A stretch of DNA of 64,000 nt from Glaucostegus cemiculus (Eukaryota), in the NCBI GenBank assembly GCA_976551045.1, contig CDPCPM010000114.1:11346001-11410000 (forward strand), read 5' to 3'. The position numbers were made by a program, and so were the translations under genes. Each line of letters starts with the position of its first letter. Position 1 is the first letter of the stretch. The notes below the pieces were generated by a model, which worked only from the letters and a program-made list of their open reading frames with translations, was not told the DNA's origin and did no database searches. This document shows, piece by piece, positions 39,927-52,297 of this stretch.

Positions 39927-40095
39927 CTGGATGAGCAGTTTTGCTTTGTATTTCTTGCTGTACATTCGTGGAGTGAATCCAACAGTAATTAGAGTCCCAG
40001 CTGAGCCAAGAGGAAGCAATTCTCCACTCTGAGGTGATACCTCAAATTCTGGATCACTACACGGTAGGAAATGTGCTGTGAATGGTATAGGATCC
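39927..40095 (-). CDS. CFAP47: CFAP47 penultimate coding exon
   Basis: Acceptor ctttaacttttag|, donor |gtgagt; 169 nt (1+56 codons). Translates DPIPFTAHFLPCSDPEFEVSPQSGELLPLGSAGTLITVGFTPRMYSKKYKAKLLIQ, closely matching remembered CFAP47 PFTAHFLPGSD..GELLP..GTLITVGF.P.MY..KYKA.L.IQ. Confidence 0.92.
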
Positions 40096-40164
40096 CTAAA
40101 AGTTAAAGGAAATGAGTCAAAAACTATATGAAGCAATAAACTCTTAAAACGATAATCACCATTA

Positions 40165-40880
40165 CTCAGAATGTGATCTCCTCTCCACTGTTAAAACCAA
40201 ATGCAGATTGGATGACCACTTTGTACAGCAGTTGTATTTAGTCTGCAAGGACTACCTTAACCTTCCAGCTGCTTGTCACTTCAGTTCTTCATCCCACTCC
40301 CATCCTGCTTGTGGCCTCTTGCACTGTTCTAAAGAGATCCAACATAAACTTGAAATACAGGTTCTCATCTTCCATCTGGACATGTGTTTAACATTGAATT
40401 TAACCATTTAAAATAACTCGCTTTCTCTGTGTCACAACTGGCCAGCTCTGCCACATGTTATCCATCTGTAACATTAACTCAGTGTTTTTCTCTCTGCACA
40501 GACACTGTCTGATCTGCTGGGCATTTCCCACAGCTCTGACTTGTATCATACAGCTTTTACATATTCCTTAGTTTGTTTATTGTCCCTTTCTTAAAAACCC
40601 TTTATCAACTTTATTAACCAGATGGCTTCATCATCACTTAACACCATGATAATCCTGGCCTCGCCCTGTCAGGGTGACTCCTTTTGTCCTATTCCTCCCG
40701 CCCTTACCTTCTTTCTAACTTAAAACTAATTGTTTACTTACTTTCCCAGTTCTGACAAATTCTTTGATCTGAAATGTTAATTGTGTTTCTGGCTCCACAG
40801 ATGCTGCCTGACCTGGTGAATGTTCCCAGCCTTTTCTGTTTTTATTTCAGATTTCCAGCATCTGTGGGTTTTCTTATTTT
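40165..40880 (+). mobile_element. Penelope-like element 3' part (GIY-YIG C-terminus plus terminal repeats)
   Basis: ACHFSSSSHSHPACGLLHCSKEIQHKLE..LIFHL, followed by two copies of the cacaga..ctg.ctga.ctg module (about 40490 and 40795). Confidence 0.7.
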
Positions 40881-40974
40881 CATTGGCAATCGTCATTAAT
40901 AGCTGTCTCTGAAAGATTGTCTTTGAAATTTCATCTGATCTCATCAGATGAAAATCAGAATCCATGTTTTTAAA

Positions 40975-41445
40975 ACTGTACCTGGGATCCATGGTTTATA
41001 AATAGAGGTGTAGAATATAAAAGTAAGGAAATTATACTTTGTTAAACACTGGTTAGCCTAGCCCTAGAATGAGTGCAGACAATAATTGGTACTAGGGATG
41101 AAAGACTTATGATGTTTACCCTTACAGCTGAGCAGGTTGAAAGGAAATTTGAAAAATTTTTCTGAAATCTTCAAGAGCTGATTCCCATTCAGAAGTACCA
41201 GAGGATATGGATTTAAAGTGATTGACAAAAGAACCTGAGGCAACCAGAGGAAATATTTTTTGTACAATGAATTGAAAGGATGATGGAAATGAATTCATTA
41301 AAATTGAATTGGATGTCTTCTTGAAAAAGGAAGCTTTAATAGGTGCAGTGATTACAGCAGAGGGAAGGCACTAATTATCTCCTTCAATAATCTGGCTCAG
41401 ACGTAGTGGGTCAAATAACCTCTTGATGTTGTATTACCCCATGAT
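40975..41445 (+). mobile_element. degraded CR1 3' fragment
   Basis: ataaatagaggtgtagaatataaaagtaagga; accagaggatatggatttaaagtg; gggtcaaataacctctt tail. Confidence 0.65.
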
Positions 41446-42130
41446 TCCATCAAGCAAAGAGATCTAGAGCCTGAAGAATGCTGAACGTTGGAGAAACCAA
41501 TAAATGCAGGTGGGAACAAGTTCTTTAAATGATCAATTTTTTTCCATTTTTTTCTTGGACTCACTTCATTGACCCATGGAGTATAACATTGGAAAAATGA
41601 TGACCTCCCCACCCCTTTACCCTTTGTTTTGAGACATTCTCAAGAATAAGCATGGCATCCCCCATTAGAATACATTTTTACATCATTATTGTGGAGGATC
41701 ATAAAAGAATGAAGGAAAGACAACTTTTAAGAAGGATACAGGCTACAATATGTGAGCCCCAGTCTGAAATCAACAGAGGTCTTATGACCAACAAACAATC
41801 TGCTGGAGGAACTCACTGCATCAAGCAGCATTTATGGGAGGGAAAGAATTGTGCCTCCAGAGATCTTATGAGCCCTGATTAGGGAGATGCAGAGGTGCTG
41901 TGGTTCACCAAAACAAATGACAGAACTAGGTCAACTGCTGCATGGAGACCAAGAGATACGTCATCCCTCTGTAAGGCACATATCAAATTTTGATGATACT
42001 ACTCTGCAAGGCAATTTAAGATTCATGGCCACTCATTTGGTGCAACTTGTTTGTGGAACTTGAGGCTCATTTTGTTAGCAACTGTATTTCTTATATCTCC
42101 TTTGCTGAGGTGAATGCACCCAAAGTGGAT

Positions 42131-42363
42131 GATAAGATAAGATCAGACTTTATTAGTCACATGTACATCGAAACACACAATAAAATACATCTTTTGTGTA
42201 GCGATTTTGGGGGGCAGCCCGCAAGTGTCGCCACACTTCCGGCACCAACATAGCATGCCCATAACTTCCTAACCTATATGTCTTTGGAATGTGGGGGGAA
42301 CCCAGAACACCTCGAGGAAACCCACACAGACATGAGGAGAATGTACAAACTACTTACAGACAG
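42131..42363 (-). mobile_element. V-SINE, head truncated, with non-CR1 (Rex1/Babar-like) tail
   Basis: V core tttgtacattctcctcatgtctgtgtgggtttcctcg..ttcccccacattccaaagac; tail ..tttcgatgtacatgtgactaataaagtctgatcttatcttatc. Confidence 0.8.
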
Positions 42364-42792
42364 GTACAGATGTTGCAGAATCATAATAGTTTTCTTAACA
42401 GTCATAATAAACTGGGAAGAGACACGTTGCTGGTAAGGGGGAAGCCAACAAACTTCCTTGTAGAACCAGACTATTTTCATGTCCCTTCATAAAGGAGAGG
42501 GCAGGAAGCAAGTTTCTTAAAACTTTCAGGGAAACATTGGTTATATTGCACAGGTGAAAATAACTAAGTCTATGAAACAAAATGTAAAACAATATCCTGT
42601 GGATAAAACAAAATTAAAGTCAGATTAGAAATTTTTAAAAACTCTCAACCTTGTATGTGATAACAGCAAGTAAGTTGAAGTCCAGTCCTGGTAGTCCTAT
42701 GGTTCAGGAACTTCTCTTTACCCACTTGAAGAGATTTTGCAAAGTATTAAGTTTGGTTTGAAATTGGTTATTTGAAAATTCAGAGTTAGAGA

Positions 42793-42922
42793 CACAAGAG
42801 ACTGCAGATTGCTGGAATCTAGAGCAACAAACAAAATGCTGGGAGAATTCAGTGGGACAGGCAGCATCTGTGGAAGGAAATGGACAGTCGACATTTCGGA
42901 TTGAGAATCTTTATCTGGACTG
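42793..42922 (-). repeat. Penelope-type terminal-repeat fragment (related copies near 7365, 15650, 32720, 41790, 59160, 63580)
   Basis: Minus strand cagtccagataaagattctcaatccGAAAtgtcgactgtccatttccttccacagatgctgcctg..ttccagcaatctgcagtc. Confidence 0.6.
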
Positions 42923-43507
42923 CAAGAGAATTTAGAGCTGATGATTTAGCCAACCTACCTCAGAATTGAAGATAGTAAAAATGTGTCTCCAGTGGATTAG
43001 GGACAAAAATCTAGTGTATTATTTACAGTAAAAGTATCAAAAGATTTAGAGGAGTAATTGTGAATCCACAAAAAAAACATTAGTAACTTAATTCTTTTCT
43101 CCTTTAGATTCTATCTGGCCAGATGAATATTTCCATCATTTCTATTTTTTTACTTTAACACTTATTTCTACACTCTTCAATAATGATTTTCAATTCAACT
43201 GGTTGTCAGGAAATACTGTAGCTTTCCATGTTCACACAAGTTTCATCCCCTTAGGGGAATACTACGCAGAAATGGATCTCTAATCATATTCAATTCCAGT
43301 ATAAAATCCATGAAAGTATGCAGGCAAATGCTTATGCAATGAAAACTATTGCTGTTCATTCACTATTGAAAGCAAAATCTAACCCATTGCATACTTCAAA
43401 ATTAACTTGCTTCATACATATTTTATAATAGAAAGTTTGCTATTTGTGGAATGCTAAGGACGTTAACCTTCTAAAGTACTGCAAGTAATCAGAATGTATT
43501 ACAATAC

Positions 43508-43669
43508 CTTGTCTGGCTTGTAAGCCTAAAGCAAACAACAGACTCTTTATTCAGCCCTGTTGTTTCAATATTGATGATGTCGTCTACCTGTGGCTCAGTG
43601 GCAGTAAGCAGTAATGGGAATTTCCAGACTCCACCTGTTGCAGATTGCACCTTCAACATTGCTGGATGG
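43508..43669 (-). CDS. CFAP47: CFAP47 coding exon 5 of 7 (not in the ORF track)
   Basis: Acceptor ttttaattcag|, donor |gtattg; 162 nt (1+53 codons+2). Translates HPAMLKVQSATGGVWKFPLLLTATEPQVDDIINIETTGLNKESVVCFRLTSQT(R), similar to remembered CFAP47 GxWKFP..ATEP..KES..RL.SQTR. Confidence 0.9.
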
Positions 43670-45564
43670 CTGAATTAAAATTATAAAATGGTTAAAAATG
43701 CAATTATATGAAATGCATTCATGTTCAAAATATTGTGAAACTTTGGCATTTTCAGTGTTCTTTAATGAAGGGAAAATATTTGCCCTGGCATAAAAAGACG
43801 CTCAACTGCATCAATAATAGACAATGACTTATGCTATATAATGGCAATTTGGCACTGATCCACTTCCTCAATCCAATGCTATCATCACTGTGATGATTAT
43901 GTTGGTTAATTTTTCAGACGCACCAAAACAATACCAAAAATGGTCAATTAATAAAAATAAGGACAGAGTTTGCCTGCAGGCACATTCCATGAAGTTGAAA
44001 TACTTCCTGAAATCCCGTCCAGTTTAATTCCAGAAAAGGATATGATGCAGAGAGAGGTCACAATGCATTCATAACACAAAACAGAAATGGTAGAATTAAT
44101 GACCTTGAAGTTAAGAGTAATTGATTGCTAATTTGATCTTTTTCCTAAGTGTAATCAACCATAAAAGATTGCCATGACTGATTATCTTTGAGAATAAGAA
44201 AGGATCTTCATTTGTTAGCATGGGCAACAGACATTTATACTTGGCTTGCTTTTGTACAAATACATCTTTTTTAACTGTAATTGATACAGATGGTTTCAAT
44301 CAGCACAGAACTGCATGAGAGCTCTGTTGTTATGAAGTAGCATCTTTAGTTACCACTTTCTTGGAGTGAAGAAACACTACATACACTTTAAGCAATTCTT
44401 TGAGTAACATAAACTATACTATGTGATTAGGCCAAAAATTCCACAACAACTTGTCACATTATTGTAAATACTTTGGTAAACATGCAAAGATCACTCGTGA
44501 GTGCTGAGAGGGAGGTCTCAGGATGGCTGAGGCCCAGATCTTATCGACGGAATTCTTCTCCACAAATAATTGATTTTCAATGTTTTTCTGCAGGATTTTA
44601 ATGAGTTCCAGTTATTTTTGTGAATGGACACAAATTATTTTTCATTACAGTGAGTTCTGAGGTATTTACATATTTTGAAATCACACTCTTCAGGCTTTAA
44701 CTTGAACCCAGCACTCCAGCCATATGCAAGAAGAAATGAATGCTTTAACTTCAAGAGCAAGCTGGAGATACAACTTTATCCACAAAATATTCCCACATCT
44801 AAATGGAAGTATATTTATATTAAGGATAGTTAAGTGTCATCTATTGACTTTCAGATAGTTCATCAGAAATTGGATGTTCAATTTCAAATATAGAAAGTCC
44901 ATTGCCTACAGCTGGACTCAAGATAAATATGGGAAGGTAACTCCTGATTGTTAAACAGGTCTCAGAGTGACTGAGGCCCACATTATTTTTGCAGGAATAC
45001 TCCTGCAAGACTTACAAAATTGATATAGAACTTAACTTTGATGGGCCTGTTCAAATCTATAGATCCAGAAATTTTTTGCAATGTACATGGAGCAAGTCCT
45101 AATTAAATGTCAAACTAGGTCCTACAATATTAAAAGAGCCTTCTGACTGAAAAAAAGCAGGCTCTCAGGGAGTCAACAGATAGAATTATGTTAAAATATA
45201 GCTGACCAGATGTAGAGGTTCATGCAGCAATGAGGCCACCACATCCTATTTGAGGCCATCAACACAACAGAACATAAAGTGCAACGTGTTTAAAATCTCT
45301 CCCATCTACATTTTGACACAATTCTTGCTAGCATGCGATATCTTGCTCCTCTTGATTACAGACATTACTGCATTAAAGGGCAATTTGATGGCACCTCAGC
45401 TAGGAATTTCTGAATAGTCTTGTAGATTTACCAGTTGCCAACAAGTGAATACCAAAAATAAGGCAAATTGCTTGTGCATTTTTTAAATCTAGCTTCTCCT
45501 ACTTTCTCAAAAAGTTTGCATTGGTAATAATTCCCTTAAGGTGCCAACTTTATAATTCAGTTAC

Positions 45565-45736
45565 CTCATTGGTTTGGGAGGTGCAAAAACAATATTGAAG
45601 GTCAGCATGACAATGCCGGTCTGTGTGTCCCATTCCTTTTTCACAAAGCTTATTGCAACTGTAGACTCCATTTGAACTCTTGCCTTCTCTGTCTCATACA
45701 GAATTTCATAAAAGAATTCACCTGCTACGTTTCGTC
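45565..45736 (-). CDS. CFAP47: CFAP47 coding exon 4 of 7 (not in the ORF track)
   Basis: Acceptor ttttctgtttgcttaatcaacag|, donor |gtaact; 172 nt (2+56 codons+2). Translates RNVAGEFFYEILYETEKARVQMESTVAISFVKKEWDTQTGIVMLTFNIVFAPPKPM. Confidence 0.85.
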
Positions 45737-47040
45737 CTGTTGATTAAGCAAACAGAAAACAAATCATGACATTCCCATATAATTTATAATGACAAATACC
45801 CAGATCTAACACTGGGTATCTTCAATAAGGATACATATGCATCTGAATATATCAGCAAACATGCACAGTAATGATCATTTACTTGACATAAACTGGTTAG
45901 ATATGTGCTATGTACCAAAGACTAAAGGGCAAGATGAACGGGAAATGACAGGCATATGAGAAAAGAAAGGAAATCCCGAGTACAGGCACAAGACTGTCGT
46001 TCTGTTGCAGCAATAATCTGCTTATTTATTACAGAAAGTGGAAGTATGAGGTGATTGCAAAGACAATAGTCATCTGGGTCACCCATGCACTACCCTTGGA
46101 GATGAACATAATTTTAAGAAGGTGGAAACAAAGATCAAGCTACAAATGATTGTTGCTGCTGCTGAGGTGCCAGATTTACATTGCATAATAGCTGCAGGGG
46201 ATTTCACAGAAAGTGGCCATGGCACTCCCTTGACCTAGTCCCTATTAAGACAGTTTGTCTTAGTATTAGTGCATAATTGCTCCAAGACATGCAGCACACT
46301 TTGGTGTCTTGATATTTGTGGCCTGAAGGACAATGTTTCTGATATTTCCATTGCCAGCTGTCCAATTAAAGCTGCTGTGATTGCTGATAAGCCCATGATT
46401 AATCCTTGAAACCCGGTAACATGAAAAGTTGGGCACAAACATTGAACTCATTAGAACAAAATTCCTATGTCACCTATTTTAAGAATTGTTAACATAATTA
46501 ACATTGAAATAACAGCTAAAATAATGCACAAAGGATTTGGCCAGAATTTGTTAATTGTTCAAGAGTTAATATGATGCAGTTTCAAGATCATTAAGTTTAG
46601 AATGGAAATTTTAGTTAAATTCCCAAGTTGCTGCATTTTGTAACAGAGCCCATTTAATTCTTCTTCATCAATTCAATCTAAAAGAGCAGGCACAATTAAT
46701 ACAAATATTTCTTTTTCTTTTATGAGGAAATGCCTGGCCTCAACTTGGCAATTCCCCATGGCAACATACTTGAAATCCAGAGTTCACTGTGTGGGAAATC
46801 AGAGACATAGACCTACATCTCAACAATCTGTGGAACAAAATATTGGGAGTATTCAGGAAATTAATGCTTCAAGAAGACACTACACAGATTGAAGTCCTTG
46901 ATAAAAGGTATGAGAGGAATGTTGATAAGGATTTAAGAGAATAACACAGAAAAAAAAGTGCTGGTACATATGATGCTTTAACACTGCCTTTCATGGGTTC
47001 AGATCTCAGCAGACTGGCCCATTTAAGAATTCTCTGTACC

Positions 47041-47353
47041 TAAACCATTAATTCCATCTTGGCTTTCTGTGATTCTGTTGTGAATTAAGAGAGTTGAATT
47101 TAGATGAGTAATAGCAGGGAGCCAGGAATTAAACACAACTCTCCTGGAATCTAAACTGCCAGGGCCAGTGTAAAAACAAAAGCACAGAAATACACACAAC
47201 CAGCAGTCTGTTACAGGGCCAGGAATTCCCCTAGATTTGTTAGATTCCAGGAGAGTTATGTTTAATTCCTGGCTCCCTGCATTTACTCATCTAAATACAA
47301 CTCTCTTAATTCACAGCAGAATCACAGAAAACCAAGATGGAATTAATAGTTTA
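47041..47353. repeat. long inverted repeat: 114-bp arms (47041-47154 and 47240-47353), 85-bp spacer
   Basis: Manual alignment of the left arm to the reverse complement of the right arm gives 107/114 identities with no gaps. Confidence 0.95.
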
Positions 47354-47485
47354 ATTACAGAAAGAATTGTTTATGCAATTTTTGGGATAGAACTGGAAGC
47401 TGGAAATAAATTTAGTTCAGTCTGCAGCACAAGTTAATCAACAGGAAATTTGAATTAAACAATTGGTCTTCATTTGCTAATAAGG

Positions 47486-48137
47486 ATTGGTTTATCATTA
47501 TTGTTACATATACTGAGGTATGGTGAAAAGCTTTTGTTTTGCCTGCCATCCAGACAGATCATCCATACATAATTATGTCAAGGTAGAAAAAGGAAACAGA
47601 ATCTGGTATATAGTGTTGTGGTTACAGAGAAAGTGCTGTGCAGGTAGACAAATAAATTGCAAGAGGCTCTGTGAGGTAGGGTGGGAGATCAAGAGTTTGA
47701 TAACTGTGGGACAGAAGCTGTCCTTGAGTCTGGTGGTTCGTGCTCTCAGGCTTTTGTATCTTCTGCCCAATGGGAGAGGGGACAAGATAGAATATCCAGG
47801 GTGGGAGGGGTCTTTGATGATGTTAGCCTCTTTTCCAAAGCAGCGGGAAATGTTGATGGGCTCAATGGAGGGGAGGTTGGTTTGTGTGATGGACTGAGCT
47901 GCATTCACACCTCTGCAGTTTCTTGCTGTCTTGGACAGAGCAGTTGCCATACCAAGTTGTGATGCATCTGGATAGGATGCATTCTATGGTGCTTCTCTAA
48001 AAACAGATAAGAGTCATTGGGGACATGCCGAATTTCCTCAGCCTTTTGAAGAAGTAGAGGCATTGGTATGCTTTTTTGGCCATAGTGTCTGCGTGGCTGG
48101 ACCAGGATAAATTGTTGGTGATATTGACATTTAGGCT
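47486..48137 (-). mobile_element. Rex1/Babar-type LINE 3' fragment
   Basis: NNLSWSSHADTMAKKAYQCLYFFKRLRKF; IIKDPSHPGYSILSPLPLGRRYKSLRARTTRLKDSF; 3' end ..gcttttcaccatacctcagtatatgtaacaataat. Confidence 0.85.
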
Positions 48138-51100
48138 CTTCCTTGCTTTAAAAGGTAAAAGGCAAATTAAATCAGTCATCTCTCAGAAGTTTTGTGTAGA
48201 AATGCAAATACAATAATAAGAAAGCAATCAGGGCAATTTTGACAAGGCAACTCCTAAGACATCTGTGAAAATTAAAATATATTAATCCCAAACAATGAAT
48301 CAATTAGATAGTCTTCTGTAGGCAACAGATAAACAACAAATAAGACTTGTTTTATTAGCCTGCTTTAGTTTTCTATCATATTAACATTGTCCATGGGTGA
48401 CATCATCTCTTGGCAATTTATCAGCAGTTTAGAATGTTGTGATACCTAACTTTCAATGAAAAGCTTCCCAATGACAACTCATTTCAAATAACCTGTTTTT
48501 TAACTACACTGAGGCATAAATTGTAACCAAACACAGATGGATGTTTCAACATGAAATCCCAAAATTGCTGCTCAAGATGCAGAGCTCCACTCTCAGTTTC
48601 ATGAAATGAACATGTAGTTGCCTGCCTTGGGATTGAAAAGCACTGAAGACCATGAAGTAAACGTAGCACAGAAAGTTAATTGTGGCTCAATTTAAGTATC
48701 CTTACAATTACATGATATGGCATGGAAAATTTAGTTTCACAATTGTAGAATCTCATGCTTTCATAAGTTAATTTTACTGGAGGTTGTAATCATTTGATGC
48801 TTTTAACTTCTATTTTCTTTCCCTCTTTAGTTTTTGTTTTATATCTGATGTGTTAATAAAATCACACAATCAAGATGAATTTGACATCAGACCTCTCAGT
48901 TCCCTTTCAGAATTTCCTCGGACTCTTTATAACCATGGAAAAACTTTAACAATATGGGAAACAGAAGTTTTGTTGCCTTCTCTCTCCTTGAGCCATGAGT
49001 TCACAATCTTTCAATCTGATTGATTATTGAGATAACTGGTTGCTTTCCCCATTGACTCAGGTTTCAGGTGCCCAATTTCCCAAGTCATTATTAGCAGTTT
49101 ACCCTTTCATTAACCTGTGGCACAAAATATAATCACCTTTCCCTTGCTTGTTTAACACTGATGGGTTTCGCTTAGTACCAGACTACAACATGTTATGGCC
49201 CAGTGCATGAGCGGAATGATTCTCTTTCACTCCTCCTGCACTGCTCCTTTTCATTTGTTCAAATACCAATTGCCTGTTTCTGTGATGACTTGCTTGTGTT
49301 CAAATTTCTCACGCAACATTTCACGGTCAATTATACACATTAAAACTCTGCTCTGAGAAGAAAATCTAACTCCACCTGGTGAATGATCCATTCAAAGAAG
49401 TCTAATACAATTATTTAAATCACATTACCAAAAGTGGGTCCACCTGCTTTGTGTCCATGAACATTGAGGGTATATTCAGTGGAAAATACACAATTGGAAT
49501 AACAATTAAAGCAGCCACACTTTGTATACGTCCAGGTTTACCCATATCATTTGAGAACTTTACAAAAAAAGTAAACTTTATTCATGCAATTTTTCTGCTA
49601 TGGTCATGGATGGTGACATTGGTTACATACCCCTGATCCATGTACATTTTCATTTATTATATATATTGCATAGCTTCTGAAATATATAAATGAAACTGAA
49701 TATTATTTTAAGTCTCAGTAAAAAAAAATTCACACATTGCTGTGTCTCCCTTGTTAGTTGACTTCACCAGGTCAAATGAACTGATCTTTCTTTTCAGTCA
49801 TTCTATTGCGCACAAAGTGTTTATATGTAATATTTGAAGAGATAAAGCTTTGTTCCTGGTTTTGGTATTTAATTTAAGCCCTTTATGCAAGTATTATGCA
49901 AGTCTTAAATGTGTGCCACTAGAAGATCTGGTACTTGTTTGTGTGGCAGATCTGTTGAAGGCTAACATCAAGGAATGCTGATGCAGGAACCTTACACCAC
50001 AGACACTGCTTGTGAATGGCCTTTAGCCAGGCAAACAAATGTTTAAATGCTAGATTATAATCTGATATAACTGGCACCTAACTCACGGTACAGTCTTTCT
50101 CATATCTTTCCTGCCATAGTTACAGTGAAAGTTTGGGAAAGGGCAGAAGTCTTCGGGATCATTATAATTCTGTGCTCATTTGAGCACTTTCCAATGTTGT
50201 TTTACCTTTTCTCTTCTATGCATTTTTATTGCACACTAACCTACTGGTAATGTTATTGGGAAAATATTATTTTTTGAGTGTTGTTTGTCTCTAACGTTTT
50301 GGCAAAAGAACTTATCAGCCAATCTTGGCTTCTTTTTGAGAAAATCTTGCTTTTAAATAATCAAGGAAGCATGTCCCAAGTGAAAACTAAGATCTTGTAC
50401 TCAACCACAACATAATTTGTGGCAGATTTTCCATTCTCCTGAAGTTGCTCATTGCCTGCCTCTGGGCCACACTGGTTATTCCAGTGTGGCCTCCAACACA
50501 ATCTTCTTTAGGATCTCAGTTCCAATTCAGAATGGCCTGAGCAACATAAAGGCTTTATCAGCGCAGGCCGTACTCACAAAATATTTTCGACAGCTGGAGA
50601 GGCTCCACCCCGCAGACCCACTATCAGCGTGGTTGTGGCCTTTTTATGATAGCAAAGGAAATTGTCTTTCACAAGCAATCAGTGATACTTGGAAAATATA
50701 AAACATTGTTTACAAAAAAAATTAAAAATTATCTTTACATTCAATCAAAAAAATGATTGCTCACCCACAAAAAATGAAATCATTATAACTAATTTGGATA
50801 AATCATATACACAGAGCTGACATCTCCCATTCATTTCAATTCAGCCTAGAGCTGGGAAAGGGACTAAAGATTATTGTGTCTTGAATTCATTGGAGCAGCA
50901 CAGGGGCAGCTGGAAGCACAGAAGTCAGGGAAGAAAAATGCGACTATCAAAGTGGACTGATACTAGTGCTGGAAACTGGGGCTTACAAAGGAATACATGG
51001 GTAAGCAATGGAACTAGCAATGGCCCAGTAATATTAACCGATTCATTTTTATGGTGTGAGTAAATCAAATTTCTGCAGAACAACTAGCCCTAATCATCAG

Positions 51101-52297
51101 TAAGAGGGAAAATCTATTAAAAGTAATGACCTAATAAAATAACTTAGTGTAAACTTCATTGCTATCAATGTCAAGTTGTATATTTACTCTTTGATGAAAA
51201 ATTCTACTTATCAAGATGAGAAATAACTTTCATTACCAAATAACCACAGGCCAAGTGCAGCAAGGGTGACCATATAGTTTGTGTGAATGTTAGGACTAGT
51301 TTTGAGGTGGTTATGGCAGGCTGATAACTGCATACACAATATAAAAAATAATTGGATGTGCACATAAGCCTTGGTAGGTGCATTAGCAGGTGACTTTATC
51401 AATGTGACAATATTGTTATGGGTACTCTTTTTGCACACTTAAGTCTATTAGTGTTGCATTTGACTATGCAAATAGAATGTATGAATTAAGATATTGCTCT
51501 GCTAAATTACTTTTGGGAGTGTTGATTAGTTTGAAAATGTTTTAGCAATCTGAAAATCAAATTGCTTTTTGATGCAATTAGATTGAGAAAGGATACAAAA
51601 TCTTTGGAACCTCCCAGTTTTGGCCTGGTGAGGAATCGTCATATTTTACAGTTGATGCTGTATGGATATGAGAAGTAAGTGTCACTCAAAATCCAAGTCT
51701 TTTGGTCTTAAAGAGAGTCAGCTGGATTGTAGTGGGGACAGTGGGGCAATCTTGTGAAATAAAAAGGCTCACTTTTATTGATGCAGGAGATATTTATCAA
51801 TCATGATACTTAATAGCACAAATTCCACAAGACTATTATTTCTTTGCACTCTGAAATGCAATTGATATGAGTGTACTGGGCTCTGTAATTGACACCTAAA
51901 TGCTCAGTGGGTATTATAGATGTTACCATGTATTCCCTAGAGTAATGCAGCTGCCAGTGGAAATTAAAGCTCCACAAATATTCCTGTGGTTTTTATAAAC
52001 TTAATTGTGTTTCAATCCAATTTGTTATGAGAATGACCATCATTGGCATACTTGCAAATCACTTTTTTTTTGAAGAAGAGGACTATGTCCCCTGGTAGAC
52101 TACAAAGCATTATAAGCAATCAGAATTACAAAGAATTTTGTCAAGGTTTTTCATATCAATACAGCCAGTAAAGCCTTGAGGTTAATTATTTGGAAAACAT
52201 TAACATGTTCATGGGATGTCATGCAATGTCTGGCTGTTCCTTACAATGAGGGGAAGAAAACAGACAGAAAATTACTAAATTGAACTCTGTAACTTAC

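Noticed and set aside
44989-45008. 8-bp stem hairpin ttgcagga-atac-tcctgcaa (and atacccag/ctgggtat at 45796-45819)
   Set aside because: Stems this short are expected by chance in 64 kb.
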